NCBI GenBank assembly: GCA_964019425.1
Contig: OZ025781.1
Span: 1,550,001 to 1,614,000 of the forward strand
Length of the DNA stretch: 64,000 nt
Reading direction: 5' to 3'
Source: Flectonema sp. DT1601
Taxonomy: Eukaryota
The position numbers and the translations under genes were made by a program. Below the pieces are notes generated by a model. The model did no database searches. It was not told the origin of the DNA and saw nothing but the letters and a program-made list of their open reading frames with translations. Each line of letters starts with the position of its first letter. The stretch's first letter is position 1. Below, piece by piece: positions 33,754 to 43,767 of this stretch.

Positions 33754-36267
33754 ATGCCTGCCCGTATTATTAAGAAGAAAACAAAAGAACAAAAGAAAGA
33801 TAATGACTGGAGAGATGGTGTGGATTGCTCTGTGAAGGTGTTTCTTAGAGTAAGACCATTTAATAAAAAGGAAGTAGCAGGAATGGAGAATGGTAAAGTT
33901 AAAGACGAAGTTGGAGCAGGCGGAAGTTTATGTGTTGCGAATAAGGCGTTCGAAAGTAAATCAGTAGTAGTTTCAAAAAGTCCGACTAGTTGTACTATAT
34001 TAAAAGAACAAAAAAAAGGAGTTCCAAAGAGTTCGTCAAACGAAGGAATGTTTCATTTTGATAAAGTATTTAATTGTGTTTCTGAAGGAGAGGGAGGATC
34101 ACAAGCAGAAATATTTCAAACAATCGGACCGGAACTTCTCGACGCTGCCCTCTGCGGATACAACATATGTCTCATGGCTTACGGTCAGACATCATCTGGT
34201 AAAACTTATACTATGACTGGTGGTGATCAGTATCACCACCCAACTCGAAAGGGAATAATCCCTCGTTTTCTTGATGGACTATTCTCAAGAATGCAGGCTA
34301 AGGAAGCTACTCATCCAAACATTCACTTTAAGTTAGAAGCTGGTTACATGGAAATCTACTCCGAGCAAGTCAGAGATCTGCTTCGCCCCAGCAACAGGAA
34401 GCGTCTTCAAGTTCGTGAGCATCCACAGCTGGGTCCGTTTGCTGATGGATTGACGATGTCTCCAATTCTGTCACCGTCTGCAATTTCAAAACTTCTCGAA
34501 ACTGGTGACAAATCCCGTCACGTTAGAGCTACGAAGATGAATGATCAATCGAGTCGTTCTCATGCTATCCTCCAATTAGTTCTCACACAATACATCGCAG
34601 AAGAACCTACCGGTGATGATGATGATGATGAACCTCGCACAGCAACAGTTGTCTCTAAAATCAACCTCGTTGACTTAGCAGGGTCTGAACGCCAAAAAGC
34701 ATCCGGCGTTGAAGGAGAAGGTCGAAGAGAAGCAATTCATATTAACACCGCCCTTCACTGTTTAAGGAAAGTCATTGATTCACTAACTGAAGAAAAACGT
34801 TCTCAAGGAGCACTTCGTGCCCTACAAAGAGAAAGTATATTAACCTGGTTGTTGGCTGACTCTTTAGGTGGGAACTCAAAAACTGTTTTGATTGCGACTG
34901 TTTCACCAGCAGCTATAAACACTGCAGAGACGTTATCAACATTGAAGTATGCTTCAGCAGCAAGGGCTATTGAAAACGTCATAAAGGTAAACACTGATGG
35001 TCAAACAGCTGTCATCCAGGCACTTGAAGATGAAATAAAACATCTCGCAGAGCAGCTTCAAGCCCAAAACAACAAAAAACGCCAAGAAGAACTTCGCCTA
35101 AGGCAAGAAGAACAACGTAAACTGGAAGAAGCGCTAGCACTAAATCAAGAACAGCTTGCAAACTGTTCTGAAGAACATCTGAGAGAGCGTAAGAAGTTGC
35201 AGGACAGGTTGATTGAATTGGAAGAACAAAACCAAACTCTTGAGCAGATGATCTATGAAATGGATCAAATTGAAAAAGACTTACAACAACAACTACAAGC
35301 AGCACAAGCTAAACTAAAATCACTACTTGGAGAGCAAAACCGTAACGTAATTCATCACAACCAGCTCTCTGTAGAAATGGCTGAGCTACGTTCTGAGAGC
35401 TCAGGTAAGACACAACAAATCAAACATTTAGAAAGACAATTCTACAGAGACATTGAACTACTTGTTAAGGGTAATCCGAAGTTTGAAAAACTTATCAAAG
35501 CAGCGACAAAACCTGTCAAAGGTTACGGGGGGGGTCCTAAAGACCCTGCTGTGGTAGAACTATACTTTACGAGACTACAGAATGAAGCACTACAATTATC
35601 AATGGAGAGTACTCTAGACACTCTTAATGATGCTTTTAAAGAGAATGCTCGCTTGACATCTATCGTTTCTGGTGCGATGACGCAGATTGCTGATTCTGAA
35701 AATTTACAACTAAACTTTGAAGAACAGAGTGCGACCATCAGAAGGTTGCAGCAGGATTTAGACTTGGCTAACACTAAGGAAGCGAAGTACTTGGGACAGT
35801 TAAAAGATTTATCATTTGAACATTTGTTACTAAAGAAGAAATATATTGATCTTCGTGATAATACGATCCCACATCCTGAACATGTCGATTCATCAGATCA
35901 ATTAATAAGCCAGCCACCATCAGATGGTGGATCTGCTGTTGAGCTACCTGCAGAGTTGAAGCAAGCTTGCGATTTCTTTGGATTCCGAGATCCAATTGCC
36001 TTCTCAAAATGGGTTGTCAAAACCCTTGGAGTCAATGACGGTGAACATGTGACTGGTGATGGACCGGTTCCTGGATCGTTACAAGTAAAGAAAAGTAATC
36101 ATGTATGTTATTTTTGTGAATTCTTTTTTTTTTTTTTTGGAAAAAAAAATCCAAAGACAATATACCTAATTAATAACAAACACAAGGCTCTCCTATCCAA
36201 TGATGGTATCTCTCTTCGTAGTACTATTTACGGTATGAAAAATGGAAATGGAAATGGAAACGAGTAG
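33754..36267 (+). CDS. Kinesin (N-terminal motor, kinesin-3-like) with coiled-coil stalk; probable in-frame intron 36103-36186
   Basis: VKVFLRVRP, FHFDKVF, AYGQTSSGKTYTM (P-loop), MNDQSSRSHA, SKINLVDLAGSER, LADSLGGNSKT. The intron gtatgt...acacaag removes a poly-Phe/Lys stretch. Confidence 0.95.
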   Translation: MPARIIKKKTKEQKKDNDWRDGVDCSVKVFLRVRPFNKKEVAGMENGKVKDEVGAGGSLCVANKAFESKSVVVSKSPTSCTILKEQKKGVPKSSSNEGMFHFDKVFNCVSEGEGGSQAEIFQTIGPELLDAALCGYNICLMAYGQTSSGKTYTMTGGDQYHHPTRKGIIPRFLDGLFSRMQAKEATHPNIHFKLEAGYMEIYSEQVRDLLRPSNRKRLQVREHPQLGPFADGLTMSPILSPSAISKLLETGDKSRHVRATKMNDQSSRSHAILQLVLTQYIAEEPTGDDDDDEPRTATVVSKINLVDLAGSERQKASGVEGEGRREAIHINTALHCLRKVIDSLTEEKRSQGALRALQRESILTWLLADSLGGNSKTVLIATVSPAAINTAETLSTLKYASAARAIENVIKVNTDGQTAVIQALEDEIKHLAEQLQAQNNKKRQEELRLRQEEQRKLEEALALNQEQLANCSEEHLRERKKLQDRLIELEEQNQTLEQMIYEMDQIEKDLQQQLQAAQAKLKSLLGEQNRNVIHHNQLSVEMAELRSESSGKTQQIKHLERQFYRDIELLVKGNPKFEKLIKAATKPVKGYGGGPKDPAVVELYFTRLQNEALQLSMESTLDTLNDAFKENARLTSIVSGAMTQIADSENLQLNFEEQSATIRRLQQDLDLANTKEAKYLGQLKDLSFEHLLLKKKYIDLRDNTIPHPEHVDSSDQLISQPPSDGGSAVELPAELKQACDFFGFRDPIAFSKWVVKTLGVNDGEHVTGDGPVPGSLQVKKSNHVCYFCEFFFFFFGKKNPKTIYLINNKHKALLSNDGISLRSTIYGMKNGNGNGNE

Positions 36268-38057
36268 CCAGACATGGGTCCTCACAGATAGGCACCTCTA
36301 ACTTTCAATTTCTAGCTCACGTGTCCCTCTCTTTGTTACTTTCTCTTAATTATAGAAAGCAATGTGTTGTTACCTACTTTGTGTTTTTAGTTAACAAGGA
36401 ATAACAATAAAATAAATTAAAATTCTCTGAAAATACGGAATTTTTGTGTAATCATCGTCTCACTGGGCAGGTGTTGCTCTTGAGCGCGTTGAATACTGAA
36501 AAGTGATGTGCAAATCAGCGAATTTTTTTTTAATTTATTTTTATTAAACTGTTTTCCCAACTGTACTTATGTTTAATCCGAATCTAATACCTAAACTTAG
36601 TGATGTACTGCTGATGGGCTATTTCTATCTCTTTTTATTCTCAATTTTTGACATTCTGTATACATGTGCAACCAAAAAAAAGAAAATTTTAAACAATAAA
36701 GAATAACAATCCATCTGGTCATAATCATTTTCATATAATTGACCGACATTATTCCTATTTGGCTACGTAATAATCTCAATGCCCGGTAGTAAGGTATTTC
36801 ATCGTTAAAACAGCTTCTATCGCTCCGTTGGCATGTTTTTTTTTTCGGCTGCTTGCGGTGGCGTTGTGTTCTTTTCGTGAAACCTCTACTGAGTTGCTGC
36901 ATTTCTTACCTTAAGTTTTTAAATATTTGAGTCAAAGGAACCACTTATGACTTCTACGGTCACACTCACTAGCCAAACTGTTTTTCTTTATATCTTTGAT
37001 AACACAACTTACTGATGGGTCGAGGCCTCACTAATTTTTCTTTTTAATAAATTTCATTTATTTATTTTATTTGGTTGATAAAAACACTCGCTAATATTAC
37101 TATTTTACTTAAAAAAAAAAAAAACTAAAAGAAAGGTTAGGCAGCTTGAACTGCTGGTTTTTTTTTTTTTTTTGATTTAGTTAAAGGGCTGGTCACTGAT
37201 TAATAAAAAAAAATGAGTAGTCTCACCACTACTCTTAATATTGTTGGATGAAACAAAGTCCTGTTGCATTTTTTTTTAACCTGAAAGTAGTTTGCGTCTG
37301 AGTGTTTTGTACTGCTTCCAGATGTCAGTGGTGATGGTTTCATAGTTGTTATTACTTACTTATTGTGAGTAACTTGTCTGAAGTTTGTTTGTAATATTTT
37401 GATGTGTTGATTCATCCAATCCAAAGTAGACTTGTTGAGTTCTGAAAACATTCTATTTTGGTTGTTTTATATAGCTTGTCATTTTAACCAACTAATTACT
37501 ACATGTTCTCTGTATTGTAGTAAGGTGAACGCTGCGGGTGTGTCGTACTTTAATAATTCACTTCCCTAGCTGCTTCAATTTCTGTCCTTAAATATTCATG
37601 TGCGACTTTATGAAGTTTAAACATACACGGGTACTTGTTTGTTAGAATGATTGCCAATTTCCAGTTCTGAAGCACAGACAAAAATGTATTTGTTTCGCTC
37701 AGAATAGGAATACTTCTGTTCTTATTCAGTTTCTATGTTTTAAGTTTTTTTTTTTTTTTTCAACATATAAGGCAAGGCCCCGTCGTTAGTACAGTCTCAC
37801 AGTTAGACTAATTGTTGTTTTCCCGCGTGCCTTATAACTTTGTTTATGGTCTACTCTTAGGGTAGAGTTGTGAATGTGAATTCTCATATTAGTGACACTC
37901 CTCCTCCTCCTCATATTCACAGAAACTGATGGAGGGAATAGTCTGTTGATGAATTCAAGTGGTGTTGTTTCTTTTTTTGTTGTTGTGACAAAACTATGTA
38001 ACAAAAAAATAATTCTTCTCAGCATCAATCGATACGAATAAACTAAATAAAGAAAAC

Positions 38058-39503
38058 ATGATACGGTGGTCACTCCGAAGTGCAGTCGGAATCAAGCATT
38101 GCCAAGTTAGAAACTACAGCACAGCAATCCCCCAGGCGAAGGCAGCTCCAGGGTTGGGTACAACTGAACGTAAGAAGGTTGCGATATTCAATAAGAACAT
38201 CAAGGCAATTCACAGAGAAAAATTTGCAACAATCCCAATTGAAGAATGCAAACTACATGAACACGTCGCTAGTATTGTTATGGAGCGAATCTCATACGTT
38301 CAGAGAGAGTTCCCAACAGTAATGGAGTTGGGTAGCTCACGAGGAATCTTAACAAAACAATATTTAAAATCTAACCCTGCAGGACTAGAGAGGTACATTC
38401 AGTGTGATTCTTCACAGACTATGTTAGATGCAAGTTTTGATGAAACATGTAAACACGTTCCTGAAGGGTGCAAACTAGAACAGAGACTTGTTGATGACGA
38501 GGCACAATTTCCAGTAAAAAGGAAATCAGTAGATCTTGTTGTTGCGATGCTTAACCTTCATTGGGTCAATGACATCGAGGCGACACTGAAGGAGATTAGA
38601 CGAGTTTTAAAACAAGATGGTGTTGTTTTCATATCAGTTTTTGGTGGAAAAACACTCTGCGAACTCCAATCATGTTTCACAGTTGCGGAACATGAACGTG
38701 AAGGAGGAGTATCCCCGCATATCAATCCATTTATGACTGGTCCTTCTATGGGTGATCTTTTTACAAATGCTGGTTTTAATTTCCCAACTATCGATCTTGA
38801 TAGATTTACATTCTACTGGGAAACAGCATTTCACTTAATGGAATACTTACAACTTATTGGTGAGAATAACTGTCTATTAGGAAGACGACACTACACTTCT
38901 AGAGACACAATGGTTGCTATGGCTGCTATTTATGACTACTTGTGGAGGGAGGAACAAGGCATTCCATCAACATTTGAGATAATACACGGAGTTGGTTGGT
39001 CTCCTCACCCAAGTCACGCTCAGCCAAGTATGAGAGGTTCTGGTGGACTACTGAGCTTAAAAGACATAGCTGAAGGTCTTGGTGAGGAGATATATGACGA
39101 ACAAGCAGCAGATTCACCTGATCCTGAGCAAGCTTCAAGTGAGACTCGTAGAGAGAAACTTCGGGAAGTATTATCAAAGAAGGGTGTTGACACCTCTCGT
39201 CTTGGGGAACTTCAGGATCTAATGGAAAAAAGATTATCCGGAGATGAATCAAAAAATACGACTGACGCTATAATTGGAATACGTAGAAAGATTCAAGGGA
39301 TCTCATCGACTAACGAAGAGAATGCTGAATACTTAAGAAGTAACCTCCCAACACAAGACAATACTAAACCTAGAGTCACCATCACTCAAAGTACTCATGG
39401 TGCTACCGTAATTGAAAGACTTGAAAAAACCATAGCGGATAATGATAAAGAGACTAGCAAAAAACTATTTGGTAAGGATTGGATTGATAAAAAACGTAAG
39501 TAA
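38058..39503 (+). CDS. NDUFAF5: Mitochondrial complex I assembly factor NDUFAF5 (SAM-dependent methyltransferase fold), 481 aa
   Basis: Basic presequence MIRWSLRSAV; MELGSSRG, DDEAQFP, LNLHWVND, VFGGKTLCEL...AEHEREGGVSPHINP, AGFNFPTIDLD, IPSTFEIIHGVGWSP. Confidence 0.88.
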   Translation: MIRWSLRSAVGIKHCQVRNYSTAIPQAKAAPGLGTTERKKVAIFNKNIKAIHREKFATIPIEECKLHEHVASIVMERISYVQREFPTVMELGSSRGILTKQYLKSNPAGLERYIQCDSSQTMLDASFDETCKHVPEGCKLEQRLVDDEAQFPVKRKSVDLVVAMLNLHWVNDIEATLKEIRRVLKQDGVVFISVFGGKTLCELQSCFTVAEHEREGGVSPHINPFMTGPSMGDLFTNAGFNFPTIDLDRFTFYWETAFHLMEYLQLIGENNCLLGRRHYTSRDTMVAMAAIYDYLWREEQGIPSTFEIIHGVGWSPHPSHAQPSMRGSGGLLSLKDIAEGLGEEIYDEQAADSPDPEQASSETRREKLREVLSKKGVDTSRLGELQDLMEKRLSGDESKNTTDAIIGIRRKIQGISSTNEENAEYLRSNLPTQDNTKPRVTITQSTHGATVIERLEKTIADNDKETSKKLFGKDWIDKKRK

Positions 39504-39719
39504 ATAATATTTCATATGCCCATCGCGACTAACCTCAATGTTCGATTCGTATTTTTCATTTTCTCTAGTTGCCTCTTCCTACGAAAAAGTGTTAATGTAA
39601 TTCAACAGATTAACAACAGAGATTGTACTGAAGTTAATCAAATTCTTACAGAGTAGTTCATTAAACTATTTTTTAATCTTTCTGTAGGTGTACCGCAACA
39701 CAACACAACAATAACAACC

Positions 39720-39917
39720 ATGGGTAACCTGATTGATGCGGGGATACCAAATCGCTACAAACTTCTAATTGCAATTGCTGCCGTAGCGACAACAGCGTTG
39801 GGTTGCATAAAACACTATCGAGAACGAAAGGGAAAGGTGACGAGGGTATCGACTCCTTCTGGAACGATAATAGTTCCATACCTGGAGCTTCCACCAAAAC
39901 CGAAGTTGCCTGCCTGA
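39720..39917 (+). CDS. Small single-pass membrane protein, 65 aa
   Basis: Own pyrimidine-rich acceptor (ttttaatctttctgtag, 39687) and A/C-rich leader like neighbouring genes. Hydrophobic LLIAIAAVATTALGCI followed by a basic cluster. Confidence 0.6.
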   Translation: MGNLIDAGIPNRYKLLIAIAAVATTALGCIKHYRERKGKVTRVSTPSGTIIVPYLELPPKPKLPA

Positions 39918-40933
39918 TGTCAGAAACAGTATTAGTTTTATTACCAACGTTGTAGTACTAAGAGATGAAAAATATTCGCGATTTTTGACGCGATTTCCTC
40001 GCCTAGTTAATCGACATCTTTCGACGGATGGTTGATTACTCATTCTAGAGGAACGAAGTTACCACGGTAACCCTTATATTCCCACTTCTATGTTTGCCAT
40101 AAATATTAACACTTATCTTCGCTATCTTTCTTGTAAAAAAAAAAAAAAACTTTTTTTTTTTTTTTTATATAACAAAAGTTTTTTATGATAGCAGTTTGAT
40201 CCTTTTTTTTTTTCTAACCGTCTCCTGGTTGGTATTCCCGATCACAGGCAGAGAAAGCTATCGCTCGTTGAATGGAAGCAACGGCCCAATAAATGTACTA
40301 TTTTTGGGAACTGAAGCTTTACTTAAATACGAGTTGATATTTATTTAAACTGTTAGCTGCGTATATGATCCACTCTTTTCATAAGAGAGTACAACACGAT
40401 ATTCTAGTCATGATCGACTGCTTTGCTGTAACTGGTTTAAGCGTGGGGACAGTGTTAGACCATAATTCTCTGACTGATGTGAATACTACGGTGTTGTTGA
40501 TTTACAGTTTAATGCACTATTGTATAGTAAAATAAAGAAGAAGAAGAAAAAAAAACAAAACTCAGGTCAGTTTTCGTTAATATTTTCTTTTATTTGCTTG
40601 TTTTTATTTTATTTTTTTTTTTTTTTTTGTTTGCATATTTTCTGTTTCTATTTCTAGCTCTATGATTCCACTTTGATTATTGTAAGCAGTTTTAGTAAAA
40701 AAATTATAATTTACCATTTTTTTTTGTGGGGTAGTAGTGCACAAGTTCTCTGAACCCTGACACACAGCATACAGTTTGTATCTGTCTTCTGTCTTCTTGC
40801 TTTTTTTCCCTGAAGGCTTGTTCCTCTAACAGGTATGATAGCCTTATTTTACTTAATGTGTATACTCGGCTCTTGTCCTAGTCTGGATTAGTGATTCATT
40901 TACAGACAGGCTTGGAAAAAAAAAAAAAAAAAA

Positions 40934-41821
40934 ATGAAAAAAATCATTTGCTGCCTTCCGTTTCTAGCAAAGGGAGGTGATGGTGGTGCGGTTCAGGAAT
41001 CTGAAAATATGCGGAAGTTAGAAACAAAACCGTTGGTTCCAACACCGAGAACGAAATTAGGACCGATTGAGTTACAAGAGAAGTTGGATGAGGTCACAGA
41101 ACTTAATATTTCTGTTGTACGACATGTTGGTGAGAATTTTGATAAAGATGAAGAAGTTGGTGTTAGTCCTAAGTCAAAGGATTTCAACTCCCGAGTACTT
41201 ACCAACTACCTCGATGCCATGGCAGCTGACCACACTAATGAATATACCCTTGTTATTAAAGGACCTTTGAAGAGTGGAGTCACAGAAGAATCGTTAATAA
41301 CTACTCTTGACTCAATTGAGTCTATCGTCTTAGATGACACTGACTCAAGAAGATTCAAACTATCAGGTATCAAAGTAGGCGATCTCGAAGTTAAATTCCC
41401 ACTCACATCATTCATAAATAATTTACTAACATCTGGTCAAGTTCAATCATTTACATTGGCTAATTGTACTGTTTCTCCTCCTATGCTTGCGACTGGTTTA
41501 CATATTACTTGGTCTACAACTCTAACGTACGTTGCTATTAAGGGGTGTGCTCTGAATGATGCTCATATTAGTTGTCTTAGTCAGCAGTTAAAAGAACATC
41601 AGCAATTATCGAGTCAGTTAGCTTCGCTTCATTTGACTGGTTCGTTTAAGGAATTGTCTGTTTTGGAAGAATTTTTTAATATTCTTGAAGATGACTGTCA
41701 ACGTCTCAGATCGTTGTCATTCCCAAGACGACATGAGAATTTTATTAAAAACCATTCAATATGTTCGACGCTATCAAACCTAATGCTGAATGGCAGAAAG
41801 GTAAGAAACGTAATGCGATAA
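40934..41821 (+). CDS. Hypothetical protein with RNI-like leucine-rich repeats, 295 aa
   Basis: VQSFTLANC, LTYVAIKGCALND, LASLHLTG, LRSLSF. The N-terminal CC may be palmitoylated. Confidence 0.7.
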   Translation: MKKIICCLPFLAKGGDGGAVQESENMRKLETKPLVPTPRTKLGPIELQEKLDEVTELNISVVRHVGENFDKDEEVGVSPKSKDFNSRVLTNYLDAMAADHTNEYTLVIKGPLKSGVTEESLITTLDSIESIVLDDTDSRRFKLSGIKVGDLEVKFPLTSFINNLLTSGQVQSFTLANCTVSPPMLATGLHITWSTTLTYVAIKGCALNDAHISCLSQQLKEHQQLSSQLASLHLTGSFKELSVLEEFFNILEDDCQRLRSLSFPRRHENFIKNHSICSTLSNLMLNGRKVRNVMR

Positions 41822-43767
41822 ATAAATAGATGTATTGCACACGAGTTAACTCAAATAGCTCATCAGTCGATTTTGAATCGCTGCATGTTTCAGAGAAGCT
41901 GTTCATTCATTAGAAACTGTGTTCCAAAATAGAGATTATGACGGACAGCACCTTTAGAATAATATTCAGCTTTTATAAGTTGTTATTTGGTAACCTTAAC
42001 ATATTAAGAATCCCAACTATTGGTGGCTATCTACCACCACAGCTTTTTTGTGTGTGAATGGCAAATTAAAGAACAAAAAAAAAAAAAAAAAAAAAAGAAA
42101 GGAAAGGAAAGAAAAACGGGGAAGAAAGAAAGAAAAAAAAACTTATTTTCCTCAAATGAGAAAAGTAAATATATGTTTTATAAAAAGCAGGTAAAAACAG
42201 TGAACCGTTGCTATGGAGATGTAGTTGGGTATATCTGCTTTTATTGAAAATGTCGTTGCCTGCAGTCTTCAAACTTCGTGTGTACTCGTTAATTTTTGAA
42301 ATTCAAGAATCACGCATGGAGTTAACATACAAAGCTCTTGTCCCTTGTGTTTTCTCTATATGAGAATTGGCCCTGTGAAGGAGTCGTTACTTTGTGTATT
42401 TTTCTCGTATTTTTTCAAGAAGCAAACTGCGTGTTTTTTTTTTTTTTTTTTTGTTTCGCCCACTCTCAAATATTTAATTGACAAAAATGAACGAATGGAA
42501 AAAAAAAAAAAAAAAAAAAAAAAAGATTCGTTGAGTTACGTGAATAGAAAATAAATGAATAAAAATTATTCCGCGCAGAATAAAAGAAGTACTCTACTTG
42601 TTTAGCAAAGCAATGGATTTCTGAACTGCACTGGCTTCCCTTGTTTAGTAAACAACGAACGGAACGAACTACCTCCTGTAAAGACTTTGCTTTACAAAAT
42701 AGAGAACACACAAATCCTTGAAAGGCAATGAGTGCCTGGACCATTTCTAAATTTTTTTTTTCTTACAGACATGGCTTCCGGAAAAGAAAAAGAAAAAAAC
42801 TTATATATCAGCCGTAACAAGTCTGAATGAGTAGTTGGTGAAAGTATCTGACTCAGTGGGAAGATATGGTCGGAATCAACGTGGTGCTCATATTAGATGA
42901 TGTTAGTTTAGTCTTCCTTTACTTTGTTTTGCTTTTTCGTTCCTGTTTTATTATTATCCCCGCCAAGTAAAATTCGTTTTCTTTGTTTTTATGTTCTCTG
43001 CTATCTCCTTTCTTCTCTTACCACAATACCTATCACGCTATCTCTCCCTTGCTGTGAAGCTTACATTCTCAATTGGTGGATGACGATCTGGAGGGGGAAA
43101 ATAAATTTAGATAAGTTCTGACCAAAATTATTTTATTGTCTCAGACTTGGTTTGAGTCGTAATTATATTTTTCCCTCGGCAAAAGCAACTAAATCTGGAT
43201 GCGTCGCCTTTTTTACGAATTCATCATTGTGGTGTCTACCTCCCCGTTTGAATTTTTTTTTTTTTTTTTTTTTTTTTTTTGGTCATTCTTGCTCTAAAGC
43301 AGACCTTTAGAAGAAAAGCTCGTCAGCGAGATTTCATTTGAATAGTTGTCTTTATGACTGTATTTGCTTTCTTGCTGACTTTTATACAATAATACACAAC
43401 AACTTCTGACCTTTCATCCCTTCTAGTGGAGAAGGTATTCCACTGCTAGCCCTTTATGTAATTAAAAGATTTAAAGATAAAATAAAATAAATAAAAAATA
43501 AGAATTTAAAAATACCTGTGTTCGTGTGTGCGCATTTCCCTTAATTCTTTTTTTTTTTTTTTGCTTTTAACCGAATTTTCTTGGCTGTGGGACGCTTTTT
43601 TTTTTTTTTTAAAGAAAAATGAATGAGAAAATAAAAAAAAAAAAAAATGAAAAGAAAATTTTCTTGTCACAAAGTTCTAAAACGAACTAAAAAAGGGGAA
43701 AACAGAGCATACGAAGTGATTAATATTTAATAAAACATTTTCATAAAACCATCTCCTGACAGACACA

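Noticed and set aside
42771..42830. 19-codon ORF after a T-rich acceptor at 42768
   Set aside because: Too short, with no consensus donor linking it to a downstream exon; cannot be supported without RNA data.
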